Shown here piece after piece: positions 1 through 12,639 of a stretch of DNA of 64,000 nucleotides; position 1 is the first letter of the stretch, and every line of letters begins with the position of its first letter. The position numbers and the translations under genes were made by a program. This stretch comes from Octopus sinensis. Taxonomy: Eukaryota. Location of the stretch: the NCBI RefSeq assembly GCF_006345805.1, contig NC_043008.1, forward strand, positions 34,782,001-34,846,000, written 5' to 3'. The notes below the pieces were generated by a model, which saw only the letters and a program-made list of their open reading frames with translations, searched no databases and was not told where the DNA came from.

Positions 1-132
1 CATCCAGCTGTAGAAACACTGCCAGATCAGACTGGGCCTGGCGCAGCCCTCTGGCTTCCCAGACACCAGTTGAACCGTCCAACCCATGCTAGCATGGAAA
101 ACGGACGTTAAACGATGATGATGATAATGATG
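1..132 (+). mobile_element. 3' end of RTE-type LINE/derived SINE with (GAT)n tail
   Basis: CCAACCCATGCTAGCATGGAAAACGGACGTTAAACGATGATGATGAT is the reverse complement of the 3' end of the RTE copy at 57272-57330. Confidence 0.6.
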
Positions 133-189
133 AGGTTCAAAGGGAGTTTGAAACAGGAATGTGCTGTGCGACCACCACTTAGAGTTGCA

Positions 190-1002
190 GCTATTCCACT
201 TAACACCACAGATCACATTGGCATAATTTGAAGAAAGCTGTTAAAGTGATTTCTGGTGGGTTCAGAACTACGTTTCAAGCATTGTCTTCTGTGGAATATA
301 CACACTGGCCATTTTTAAGATGTACAGATAGTTACCACTGTTGGATGCCATTTGTGGATTTCGAAGCCCAGAATGCACCACATTGCCTCATTAGAGGAAA
401 TATACCTGCCAACTTACGTTGTTGAATTTCATCTGCCTGCCCTCCTGTTCAAGTCCAAAATCCACCATCTCTGGGCTCTTATTGATGTATTTACATACAT
501 ATTTAATACTTTTTATAGAGTTGCATGACTCAACATGGGCCTGCAATGTTTTAGACAGCAGTGGGTTGTAGGGTACGATCCACCTGTTGTCAATTTTCGT
601 CCCTTGACCATTAACTTTGAGCTTGGTAATATTTCCACCATCTTCTGGTTTTCGGCACCTGTCGAGTGGGTAATCGTCGTGTCCCTTACGTGTCTCGTGG
701 ATAAATTCCGTGGGGAACCTGATGCACTTCATGCGATCAAATGAAAATGAATGGGTTATTTCCCTTGGTTAGGAAAATGAAAGGGTTATTTCCCTTGGCT
801 GTTAAAGGAAAATATATATGGGTTATATGTGAGGACCCCTTCTAGGGGCCCTAGCCATCCAGTTATAGATTTTTATTAAACTTCAATGAGCCTAGTAACA
901 AACTGGATGTTACTTTAACATGTTTTCAAAGTTTCACGAAAATTCATTAATGGATGTAGACAGTAACTTGACACAGACAACTCACATTTATATATGTATA
1001 GA
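190..1002 (-). mobile_element. Internally deleted Helitron (Rep domain fragment plus 5' TC terminus)
   Basis: Minus-strand translation gives DNRWIVPYNPLLSKTLQAHVESCNSIKSIKYVCKYINK, then, with stops/frameshift, GRYISSNEAMWCILGFEIHKWHPTVV and PPEITLTAFFKLC, all typical Helitron Rep motifs. The minus strand starts A|TCTATACATATATAAA at 1002, a Helitron-type 5' end. Confidence 0.85.
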
Positions 1003-1008
1003 TGTTTG

Positions 1009-1042
<34 letters not shown>

Positions 1043-1447
1043 CCTTTGTATCTATGATTGTCCCCCACTACCACTTGACAACCGGTGTTGGTGTGTTTAT
1101 GTTCTCATAACTTAGCAGTTTGGCAAAAGGGACTGACAGAATTAATACCAGTCTTAAAAAAATAATAATGGAGTTGATTCATTCAACTAAAATTTCTTCA
1201 ATGCTGTGCCCCAACATGGCTGCAGTCTAATGACTGAAATGAGTAAAAGATAAGTAGTGGGGTCAATAAACTGCTGGATGATGTACATTGGCTAGATGTG
1301 TAATGTGACTGTCAGTTGGCATTATGATGGTCAAGAAGAAAAATTGGTAGAATTGAAATTTTTAGATATCTTCAATTTTCAAATTGTTGAAAGCTTCTTT
1401 ATGATGATAATAATTAATCTTTTTTTTTTTTTTTTTTTTCAATACAG

Positions 1448-2949
1448 CTCCTATGAAGAATGGAAATATTTTGGCAATGATTAAAAAGAAGTATAATTTG
1501 AACAAGCCAAAACCCACAGTGATATCATCTAATACTACAAACAAATCCGAGAAAAGTTCATCCAAAGGATCAGGCATCCATTCTCCATTAAAGAAACACA
1601 ACAGTTCAGTCCTTATCAAGAGTGCAAGCTCTACCATTTCTTCATGTAATACTCCAGAATCCTCATCAAGTTTTTCTAAAGATGTTAAAACAGTTGGTAA
1701 AAGTACAAGTCAATCATCCATGAATAACTTCTTGGGACAGCTTCATAAAGATAAACTGCAACGGAAGAACATGTCTCAGACTAATGGATATAGTTCATTT
1801 ACAGCAGCAAATAAAGATACTATGGAGAAGAAACGTCCAAGTGTAAGTGAAAGCCGAGCGAACTACAGTACCTCAGTTGTTAAAAAAGCAATGTCAAGCT
1901 CTTCTACTTCTACATATGATACCTCAGAATCCTTGCCAAGTTCCTCCAAAGATGCTAAAACTGTTGGCAGAGGTACAAGTCAGTCAGCCATGAATAACTT
2001 ACTGGGACAGCTTCATAAAGATAAACTGCAACGTAAATTCACGTCTCAGACCGATGGAAACAGTTCGTTTACAGGGGTAAATAAAAGAGTATCTGAGAAA
2101 GATTCTGGTCTTGAATATGTGGAGAAGAAACGCGATGGAAACAGTTCGTTTACAGGGGTAAATAAAAGAGTATCTGAAAAAGATTCTGGTCTTGAATATG
2201 TGGAGAAGAAACGCGATGGAAACAGTTCGTTTACAGGGGTAAATAAAAGGGTATCTGAAAAAGATTCTGGTCTTGAATATGTGGAGAAGAAACGCTTAAA
2301 AGTAAGAGAAGATGAATCATTCAGATCTTCAAAAGACACAAAGAGAAAACTTCCTATCAATGAATCCTCATTTCTCTCTGAGGTAATCATTGATCATGAA
2401 ATAAAGCAAAATACCCCAAAACATCCCAAAAACTCTTTAAAAGATGGTAATGAATTATCATCCTCTTCTCAAACACCTTTGCTCTTTGATAAGCATCTAA
2501 ACAATTCATCACCTACCGAAAAGAAAACTAAGACATCTGTACATAAAACCATTAGTTCCTCTGTTAATAAAGAACACAGTTTTTCTTCAGATTCATCTTT
2601 TCATAGTAGACACAAAAGTAGTAAACCATCAACAACAGTTGGAAAAAGTCCTAAAGTTCGAAACACTTTACCAAATTCTGATCTAACATCCACTGAAAAT
2701 AAAATGAACTCACATTCTACTTCAAAAAGTTTGAATTCTGTAAATAACTCTTCTATTAAAAACTATTTTGACTGTAGTACATCAGACCATTTGGCAGCAA
2801 GAGGCAGTAATAATTCCAATCCCATTATTATCGACAATTCTGATGATTCCAATTCTGATATTGCAAATGTAGCTTGTCCTGTCTGTGAAAAGCGTGTGCC
2901 TGAAAATATTATTAATCAACATTTAGATGAGTGCCTCTCTATGAAATAG
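1448..2949 (+). CDS. SPRTN: Terminal exon of SPRTN/Spartan-like DNA-protein crosslink protease (disordered tail, PIP-like motif, UBZ4 zinc finger); upstream exons lie outside the window
   Basis: Poly-T tract plus CAG acceptor at 1445-1447 (phase 1). Open frame to TAG at 2947-2949. C-terminal CPVCEKRVPENIINQHLDECL is a Rad18-type UBZ4, preceded by PIP-like NSSIKNYF. PIP-then-terminal-UBZ order and a long phase-1 last exon fit SPRTN better than POLK/RAD18/WRNIP1. The SprT protease domain is not in the window, so the name is inferred. AATAAA near 3006. Confidence 0.7.
2053..2295 (+). repeat. In-frame 81-bp (27-aa) tandem repeat x3 inside the SPRTN-like exon
   Basis: DGNSSFTGVNKRVSEKDSGLEYVEKKR starts at 2053, 2134 and 2215; copies differ only by silent changes. 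Confidence 0.97.
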
Positions 2950-5324
2950 AAAATGTAATTCATTTGATGATTAACTAAGAACTGAAAGACATCAACATTT
3001 GCACAAATAAAAACGTATCTATTTATAATTTTTCATGCATTCTTTATCCCTAGAAACGTCACTTGCTTCAAATATAAACATCCGTTGTAAAAAAAATTTT
3101 TTAACATTACTTAAAATCATAATATAAAAAGGCATTTGATCTTTATATTTCAAGCAATGTTTCTCAAACATCTTTGATTGCAGAATACAGTTTGTTACAA
3201 TTATAGTTTTGTTGTAGATATACTCCTTGCAAAATAGCTTGCAACAATTTTAATGAAATTTTTTTTATTAGTATTTTAAAACGTTTAAAAGAAATTTAAT
3301 GAATATTGCTCTAATGTTTTACAGAATGCAGTTTGTTTCCCAAACTGAATAGTATCTTTTCAAAAAGTTGTCAAATGCTTGTATATTTTGCAATCTACTA
3401 AAATATTTTTTTTCAAATCTAATTTGTTTTTACTTCGTTTTTTAGAGACCTTTTTATCCTTTGTATCAAACTTCAATTTGAAATACTCTAATTATTTATG
3501 GTAGGATAATTGTTCTGTGATAATCATTTTGTTAAACATTTGAGTGAAAATATCAGCTTTTCCTCATTGTTTTGTATTAAATTTTTTTCTCCCCTTTTTC
3601 ATTGAAAATTAAAATGCTCAAATTATTTGTAATAAGATGTTAGCTCTATGATAATTATTTCATTAAACATTTGGTGAAAGCATTAATTATTCAAGTATAA
3701 ATTCACAGAAAAATAACCTGTATGTTTTATATGTACTCACAGATGTATGGGGGCATGTGTGTTCTTGCCTAATAATGATTAAAATATAATTGTTACATTT
3801 GAAATCTGTTCTAAACAAAGTGAATGTTTCTATAAATTTTAAATTCTCCTTTTCACCTAATTTGTATATATTTCGAAACTCTACTTTTTAAAAATTCATT
3901 GTAAATATATATAGTTTCTGTAATATTTTCATCCTATTTTATCACCAAATTTGTATATATTTCGATACTCGAATTGTTTGTAAATCATTTGTAAATATAA
4001 ATTATAATTGGCGGAGTTTCAGATTAGGATGGCCACTTAAGTTGGATTTTCTTCGTTTTGACAGGGATTTTTCCGATTTTTTTTTCCATCATGGCCTTCA
4101 AAATAATGAGAGTGTTTTTTTATGGGAAAGAATTTTTTTGAAAATTTGATTTTTTTTTTTTTTGTTTTTTCAGCCACCCATCAGGCTAATTTTGGCCACT
4201 ACACACTTAAAAACCATAGATGAAGCCTTTTCTGTAAAAAGAAAAAAAAAAGAAAATTGTAAATATTTTCAGATGAAAAGATGTGTGACTTAAGGGAGAT
4301 TTTGCTATTGTTTCTAGCACATCCTATGACCACCTTCCTTATTTCTTTGTCACTCACATGTATTGATGTTTTTCTATTTTTCTATATTTTTCTGCCCGTG
4401 AATACATTTATGCTTTTAAAAAAAATTTTTATTTGATTTTTTTTTAACTCCTCCCACTCCTACCCTATTTATAATTTAAAACTATTGGAGTGTCTGAGAA
4501 GGTCATTTTTAAATATCCAGTGATTTTTAAAAAGTATGCAAAAGATAATTTATTTTAATAGCATACTTTTCTGTTAGTAAATGTTTTTTTCTTATACACA
4601 CACACACAACCTCACTTGGTTTGGGGAGGCAGGGGGTTAAAAATTTCTTTTTCCTGCTTATATCCCTGCAGTGGGCCATGCATGTCTTACTTCCGCATCA
4701 TCATTCTATAAAATATGTTTGTGGGGAGAAAAATATTGAGAGACATCAATGCATGTGAGAGTGGCAGCAATAAAGGTGATCATGTGATGTGCTAGAAGCA
4801 ACTGTCAAATCTCCCTTAAATCACCTTTTTGTATGAAAATATTTACAAAAATTTTTTTTTTTTTTTATTAACTGAAAAGGCTTCTCCCATGGTTTTTAAG
4901 TGCATAGTACGAAAAAAAAATTGGTCTGGAGATGGTGGGGGTGTGGTGAAAAAAAAATCATAAATTGAATAAATCTTCATCAGAACTGATTTATGTGGGT
5001 ATTCGATCTGAAACTTTGCCTTGTAATTCTCTTATTTTATCACAAAATTTGTATATATATTTCGAAACTAGTTTTAAAAAATTCTTTGTAAAATATAATT
5101 TCTGTAATTTTCAGTTTCTCCTTTTTAACTATGTAGCCAACTTAAAAATAAACAAAACATAATGATAATTTTAACAGCTAAACTTAATATTTTTGTTGCA
5201 CTTTTTCTAAATATTATTACCTTTCTGTTCAATAATTTTGTTTTGTCTCCTGAGGAACTTTTATTGTGGCTCTGTAGTTGAGTCGTCAGTAATTATTTGT
5301 CTCACAAATATATTTAGGAAATCG

Positions 5325-5735
5325 AGGCGCAGGAGTGGCTGTGTGGTAAGTAGCTTGCCTACCAACCACATGGTTCCGGGTTCAGTCCCACTGCGTGGCA
5401 TCTTGGGCAAGTGTCTTCTGCTATAGCCTCGGGTTGACCAATGCCTTGTGAGTGGATTTGGTTGACGGAAACTGAAAGAAGTCTGTCGTATATATGTATA
5501 TATATATATATATATGTATGTGTGTGCATATGTTTGTGTGTCTGTGTTTGTCCCTCTAGCATTGCTTGACAACCGATGCTGGTGTGTTTACGTCCCCGTC
5601 ACTTAATGGTTCGGCAAAAGAGACCAATAGAATAAGTACTAGGCTTACAAAGAATAAGTCCTGGGGTCGATTTGCTCGACTAAAGGCGGTGCTCCAGCAT
5701 GGCCACAGTCAAATGACTGAAACGAGTAAAAGAGG
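5325..5735 (+). mobile_element. tRNA-derived SINE, family 1 (full length)
   Basis: A-box TGGCTGTGTGG, B-box GGTTCAGTCCC, CTTGGGCAAGT core, internal (TA)/(TG) microsatellite, tail GGCGGTGCTCCAGCATGGCC..GACTGAAAC. Recurs many times in the window. Confidence 0.85.
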
Positions 5736-6359
5736 TGTGGTTATTTGGTAAAGAATTTTGCTTTCAAGCACGTGGCTGGTGCCAGTGACACGTAAAGGCA
5801 AGAGTGCTAGTGACACATGAAAGGCACCCACTATACTCTGAGTGGTTGACATTAAGGGTATTCAGCCATAGACACCAAGCGAGTGTCAGACTGGATCCTG
5901 GTGCAGCTCCAGTCAAACTAACTCATGCCAGCATGGAATGCGGACGTCAAGTGATGATGGTTTTGGGTTGCCACTATACAGTACCTTCTACTGTAGCCCC
6001 GAGTTTTGTGAGTGGATTTGTTAGATGGAAACTAAAAGAAGCCCATTGTGTATGTGTATTTGTATATATTTGTGTGTTAGTGTTTCCCTGTTCTGATATT
6101 GCATGATAGTTGTAAACAAATGTTGCTGACATATAATAACCTGATATATATAAAGTTAATCCAAACAAGAAAGCACAAAAAAAACACAACGCGAGGACGT
6201 GGAACAAATATGGTATTATTGGACGCTCAGGAAAGAAGGAGGGTTTAATGTTTCGAGCAGAGCTCTTCATCGGAAACATAGAAGGGAAGACAGGAAAAAA
6301 AATCGCCAACGGTACACACGTGGTCACATTTTGAATGTATGTATGTATGTATATATATA

Positions 6360-6394
<35 letters not shown>

Positions 6395-6398
<4 letters not shown>

Positions 6399-6562
6399 TA
6401 CGACGGGCTTCTTTCAGTTTCCGTCAGCCAAATCCACTCACAAGGCTTTGGTCGGCCTGAGTCTATAGTAGAAGACACTTGCCCAAGGTGCCATGCAGCG
6501 GGACTGAACCCAGAACTATGTGGTTCGTAAGCAAGCTACTTACCACACAGCCACTCCTACAC
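6395..6562 (-). mobile_element. SINE family 1, 5' half
   Basis: Reverse complement of the head and core of the 5325 copy, ending in a (TA)n run. Confidence 0.8.
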
Positions 6563-8239
6563 CTAGTGTAATTGTAAAGTTACTATGCATAAATGATAGA
6601 ATGGTCACATTTTGGAGCATTTTTAATCAGTGGGTTAATTACTAACACAAAAGACAAAATGAGCCCAGCTGAGATGCTTATAATCATAATTCTACTGGAT
6701 CAAGCCTATCCTGGTTCTAAATAACTCCAATATCTAAATGACCGGATAGCAGCTGCTGGAACGTCTTTGAACACATGTGAGCAGGATCAGGATTTACCTG
6801 GGGTTTGTCTACTAATAATATGACTATGAATTAAAAAAAAAAAGCAGGATGGTTATAACTGGAACAAGTCTGACGTAGCATTAAACACGTCATTGATTGG
6901 TTGAAATTACCCAAATACAAGAACCTTAACACGAAATAACTTCTAAAATACGAAATTTGGTCAAAAGCATTCAGAGTAAACCATGTTCTACATGAGAAAT
7001 TCTACCAGTATTCGAGAGAGGTTGTCGGAGGTTAGCAAGAGAAATTGTTGGAGGCTGTCAGAGGGAGAGGCATCTTTGTTCCAAAATATCAGTCTTGCAG
7101 GGTAAATATGAAACAATGAATCAGAGACTTACTTGAGATTGCCATTGTCGAATTAGAGCAGCTTGTAAAGTAGAAGCACCCAGTCGTATTCTGACTCGTA
7201 GCATTTTAAAGGTGAACTTCATGAAGGCTAATTTATTAAAGGTAATATATACATGTAGTATATATGTGTATAAATATATGAATGAAGTGTTTAATGTTTA
7301 ACAATGAAATGAAGAAAGTGCAATAATAACGTTCGCAGTCACTGATGGTCGCTCTCAGTAACTGTCTTTAGTTTATGGAGTTCTTGTTTTTATAACTATC
7401 GGGAAGCAGCCACAAGGCTAGACATATTGTTGAGAACAAATGATTTCGTTGGAGGTCTGTCATCTCTATTCTAGCCCCTGGTGGCCTAGAAGAGGTTAGA
7501 AAGGTCAAGTGACAAAGACATTATTTTGCTTAGCGAAGGCATCTGGGAAATGTATAACTGCTGTCATTCACAGAAAAACTATTGTTTTAATGCGAGAAAA
7601 GCAGTGTTAAGTGAAAGTCGGTAATCGAGGATTGAATCCACGCTATGCCTGCATGAAGGCACTACAAATACATTGTGGAATAAAAAATTTACTGTCATGA
7701 AAATAGTGTAACTAAAAATGCAGAATTATTGGAGTAATGGGCATTCAAAAAAGTACCATAAATCCTTGAGTATAGTCCGCCCTTGTAGGGGATTTTTATG
7801 GGGCTATACCTCTGAAAAACCTAAACCTTGTGTATAATACGCATCCCTTCTTTAACTTGAGTCAAGGAGGTTTATATAACGTCCTTGGTTTGTAAAACTA
7901 TACGGTGTTATTGTATATATATAACATAATGCAAATGTAGCTTTTTTGTGCATTTTGTTTGTAGAAAATAAAGAAATAACAGTAATAACGTTTAATAAAT
8001 GTTGCTTATTGCAAGTTATGGATGATTCTTTTATGACTTCATTGCTTTCAGGCTTAGCTTTAGGTATTTTTGCACTCGGCATCACAAAATGCGTTTGAAT
8101 AAACATAGCCAGACAGCAAATAGAGACTCGGACATTGCTTAGAAAATAACTTTCATTTTTAACCTCGCATATAGTATGCATTAGGGATTTTGACCTTTAA
8201 ATTTTGGAGAAAAAGTGCGGATTATACTCGAGGATTTAT

Positions 8240-9314
8240 GGTATGTATGTATAGAAATGTATGAATGAAGTCTTTAAGGTTTAAAATTCAAATCAAGGAA
8301 GTGCAATAATAATGTTTAGCAGTTCAAAACTGAGTAGTGAGATCCAGAATTAGGTTGGCTGATCATGAGAATCAAATATTGATTGCTTTGCTAAAAACTG
8401 CAGGGGGTGTGGGTTATTTCCCTTGGGTTGTTTAAATAAAATATTAGTAATATGTAATAGATAGAAGGATCCATTGGAAGGGTCCTATTATCGATTTTTT
8501 CAACAATCTAAGTATTTCACGAGGTTTCCAGATATGAGCTCTACTCACGGGTCAAATAATGTACAAAAGTAATATTGTCAGCAAAAATTAGAAATTGGAC
8601 ACATAAGAAATCAGTATTCAAAGTAATCAAACATAAACAAAGAAACCTGTAAAATATTTGTAAATTCAATGGCTCAATTAATTTCATGAAAATGCATGAA
8701 CTGTAAATAAGCAATAAATATGATTTGTAAAATTAACCTAAGTGATAAAGGGTGTCCCAACTGAATGTGGTGTGGAAGTTTGGTTTCATTTTTTGAAGAA
8801 TGTTAAGCATTCAATGTATGAGTTCATTGTGTTGGGACACACTTATTAAATACATTCTGGAATCAAAAATTTACGTACTATCATCGATAAATTTTAACTG
8901 GAAAAATGCAGAATTATCGGAGTTATAGGCATTGAAAGTGTACATGCATCAATAAAGTGCAATAATAAGGTTTAGCAGTTGAAAACTGTGAGTAGTGAAA
9001 TGCAGAATTAGGTCTACTGATTGTGAGAATCAAATATTGATCGCTTTGCTAAAAACTAACAACTGTAAATGCAGGTGCTATGGGTTATTTCCCTTGAGTG
9101 TTTAAAAAATTAGTTATATGAGATAGATATAAAGATCCCCTCCATGGGCCATATTATCGATTTTTTCAACAATCTAAGTATGTCACAGGATTTCCAGACA
9201 TGAGTTCTACACACTTGTCAAGTTTCATCAAAATCAATAAAACGATGTAGGAGGAGTTAGCTAACAATGCCACAAACAAACACACTCCAATTTTCCACAT
9301 ATATTGTAGCTAGA
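8240..9314 (-). mobile_element. Non-autonomous Helitron-type element with internal direct repeats
   Basis: Shares GGTTATTTCCCTTG and AAGTTTCA..AAAAT blocks with 760-1000. The minus strand starts A|TCTAGCTACAATATAT at 9314. 8290-8560 is duplicated at about 8955-9220. Confidence 0.5.
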
Positions 9315-9374
9315 TGCCCTCTCTCCTCTCACTCTTTCGGAGAGGCACTGAGCACCTACACGCACATATACACA

Positions 9375-9710
9375 CACGGCAGTAACTTCCGCCTACTGAA
9401 TTCAATCACAAAGCTTCGGTTGGCTCGGGGCTATAGTAGAAGACACCTGCCCAAAGTGCCACGCAGTGGGACTGAACCCGAAACCATGGAGCTAGGAAAC
9501 AAGCTTCCCTAACCACACAGCCATGGCCACGCCTTATATATATATATGATGGGCTTCTTTCAGTTTCCATCTACCAAATCGACTCACAAGGCTTTGGTTG
9601 GCCTGAGGCTATAGTGGAAGACACTTGCCTAAGGTGCCACACAGTAGGATTGAAAATGGAACCATGAGGTGAAGAAGCAAGCTTCTTACCACACAGCCAC
9701 TCTTGTGCCT
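9375..9710 (-). mobile_element. Two tandem SINE family 1 heads
   Basis: Two reverse-complement copies of the A-box/B-box/core block (about 9375-9530 and 9545-9710). Confidence 0.75.
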
Positions 9711-10679
9711 ATTATGTTAAAGTTTTTATTATTTTGAAATGAAGAACACAAATATAGCTGCTGAGCCAGTGACTAAACTTGTAGTATTTTGTTGGGATTA
9801 ATTGACAGCAAGGTAATTACTTCTATCAGAATCATTTGCCTTTAAAGTGAAAAAGCAAAACCGACGTATACAACAGGTATGTAAAATGTGTTTTGTGTAC
9901 TTCTTTCTCTGTTCATTCGGATAAGCTGTAGAAATTGTTGCACGCGCGCACACACAAGCATAAACATTCTCCAGATATTTAGCTGTGATTTTTTGCATAT
10001 CGAGTTCTGTGTGAGAGTTTCACGTGCCGTGACCCTTTTGCTGTTTCACTATAAATCTATGCATGCGGAAACAGACAAAACAGCCGTTCATTTTCACTTT
10101 TAGACAGCGGGTTGGGGTGGTGAGTGGGGTGATCAATTTTGAATTTTTCATAAAAAATTTGAAATTAAAATTTGTTTTTTTATTGTGTGTGCGTTTATGT
10201 GTCTGCGTGTGTCACACGCACAGACACAGACAAACACAGACAAGAACAAGCACGCACACACACACTTGTGTAAGTTTGCCAAAAGCATTTAAGTAACCCA
10301 GAAGTATTAAATTTTTTAAGAAGTCATTAATTATAAGATGTGATAATGTATAAGGGTCAGCAGAAATAAAAACTCTTGTTTTCAACCGCCGCATTCTGTG
10401 TTGGAAACAATATTTCGTTTCAGCATTCCAGCGATGTTTTTACACATTTCCCATTTCTTAGAATTCTTCTCATTTTACTATTTACTCAAATAAATAATAC
10501 TGTTACACCGTGAATAAGTTTTAATTTCGCTATTAAGTATTTGTCTTATTTGCATGTTGCTATAACAAATTTAGTTAGGGGTTCTACTATCCGAAAATTG
10601 CAAATATTCATTAAAAAATATTTTGTTTTGGTTATCGCTAAAACATTCGTCGTCGATACGAAATCAGACGAAAATCACT

Positions 10680-10687
10680 ACTTCCGG
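10680..10687 (+). promoter_or_regulatory. ETS/GABP-type motif (ACTTCCGG) in a CpG-enriched patch upstream of PINK1
   Basis: ACTTCCGG within CGTCGTCGATACG..CCTCGC, about 310 nt upstream of the ATG. Motif match only. Confidence 0.35.
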
Positions 10688-10995
10688 TAGCCTCGCACTT
10701 TCAACACCTTACACATTAAATTTTAATTTTATTTGAAGCGTTATAATATTATAAGATTCATAATCAATTAGTAACTTTTAAAATAAATATACTAAGCACT
10801 TCATTACTCGTTTTTATCAAAATTGAAACATATTGCGTAAAATACTGACCTTGTTTAGTAGACAAGGAGAGGTCACCTAAAGTTAGTTATGCACCTTACT
10901 TGATAAGAGGTGGTCTGTATTTTCAGAGTGCCTCCACTTTATTGGGAGACCCAGACTCTCTTTGTGTATTCTGTGGAAGAGATTAGGGTAGAAAA

Positions 10996-11379
10996 ATGGC
11001 TTTTCGGGGCCTCTTCAGAAATCTCTTAAATCTGAGAAATAATATATTTTCACAGAAATGCAGTTCAGTGTGGAGGTTTGGTAACTTCACTCGATTTGTA
11101 CACCACAGACCTCTTGTGGTTTCCATCGCCTCTCAAAGCAGAACTGCTTTGACTCGATGGACACGTCGTTACTGTACCAAAAACTTTGTGGCTGATCTGA
11201 GGCGTAGGGCAGCTCTGAGATTTTTAGGCCCGAATTTGGCCTCAAGATTTTCAAATGCACCTCGCTTTTCTCGCCCTGGTTACCTTCCTACATTGGCTCT
11301 TGTAGGCTTCTCTTTTCTTAACAGGCATCCTTATAACAACAGTCCCCAGCAACTGGGCGAAATTATCTCGGAGTTAAAG
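10996..11379 (+). CDS. PINK1: PINK1 exon 1 (mitochondrial targeting sequence, TM segment)
   Basis: Arg-rich, acid-free N-terminus. ADLRRRAALRFL and PTLALVGFSFL match the invertebrate PINK1 N-terminus. AAG|GTAAGT donor, phase 0. Confidence 0.92.
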
Positions 11380-11572
11380 GTAAGTTAAAGTTTTGTTTTT
11401 ATTTTTATTTATCTATTTTGGTCCTCTTCACCGTTCAGCGGGAGAAAGAGGCCGATAATCTTAATACTGATTATACCGAAAGTGTTAGCGACACTTGTTA
11501 TTATAGGCTACGAGGCAGTAAATGTAAATATATTTATATATAAATGGTTATAATTTTTTTCAACGTATAAGC

Positions 11573-11742
11573 CAGTGCTTTTCAACATTTTTGCTGGAGC
11601 GGAACCCCTGTGCAATAATTTAATAGTCTTCTGCACACATATCTGCACAGGAGAATTAAAAATTACTGCCGATTTTAGCAGTTTTGTAACTTCTTGCGGA
11701 ACCCCTGGACTTTACTGGCGGAACCCTGGTTGAAAACCACTG
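11573..11742. mobile_element. hAT-type MITE
   Basis: TIRs CAGTGCTTTTCAAC / GTTGAAAACCACTG; 8-bp TSD GTATAAGC / GTATAAAC (7 of 8 match). Confidence 0.85.
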
Positions 11743-12488
11743 GTATAAACAATCAATAAACGACATTGTTTTGGTTTGTGATCAAAAACTGTGCGTGTAA
11801 AATATTGACACTTGTTGACATTGTTGAGATTGTCATGTCAATTAAGACAACCCCTCCTTTATTATATTTGATTTTTTCGAAAATTTCAATCCTTTCCCAC
11901 CAATTATTGTTTTTAATACTTTTCGAATACTTTTTAGCAGGCGATCGGATTTTCTCGTTTAAAATTCTGAAAAGAATGGTGTAACGCTTTAGTTTAACCG
12001 AAAAAATTACCAAAATGTCGATGCAGATTGTTTACTATAATTTTGCATTTTAAATCTGCGATCATAAATCGAAAGAATGCATGTTTAATAACCAAACTAA
12101 CGCTAATGACAAGTTTGCGGGTGAAATCGAAAGATGCCCCCCAAATTTTCATTTTTTCTTCTTAATTTTATTTTTTTTTCCTTTCCTTACAAAATTACTC
12201 CATTTCCGGGTTAATATGTAAACATTAACCAAATACTCAGTATTTAGAAAAGGAATGGAACTAGCAAAACAAAACCATAACAAGTACAGATTTTCTCGGT
12301 TAAATTAACATGCAACGATTTAAAAAAAGATAAATTATTTTACTGCCCCAAATTTATAAGTTTACTTGGAATTTGAAAGCCATTAAACTCGACAAAACCA
12401 AAACAAACACTCGGTTGTTTCCGTGACAACTCGACAATTCACTTCGGATATCTCCGTGACAGCTTCTAAAATGGGAGGAGGAGGAGGA

Positions 12489-12639
12489 GAAGAAAGCTAA
12501 TGGGTTGTGTGTGCGTGCGTGTTCTTGTCTGTGTGTATGTGCGTGCTTGTTGTTGTCTGTGTGTGCGTGTGATACATACGCAGACACGCACGCACACACA
12601 GACAAGAACAAGCACACACAACCCATTAGCTTTCTTCTT
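12489..12639. repeat. Long intronic inverted repeat (hairpin)
   Basis: AGAAGAAAGCTAATGGGTTGTGTGTGC is matched by its exact reverse complement GCACACACAACCCATTAGCTTTCTTCT; the inner arms are also partly complementary. Confidence 0.85.

Noticed and set aside
2053-2295. Regular repeats here and at 41858 as CRISPR arrays
   Set aside because: No unique spacers, no cas genes, and a eukaryotic context.
2046-2390. Antisense 114-aa repetitive ORF
   Set aside because: A shadow of the 81-bp coding repeat on the plus strand.
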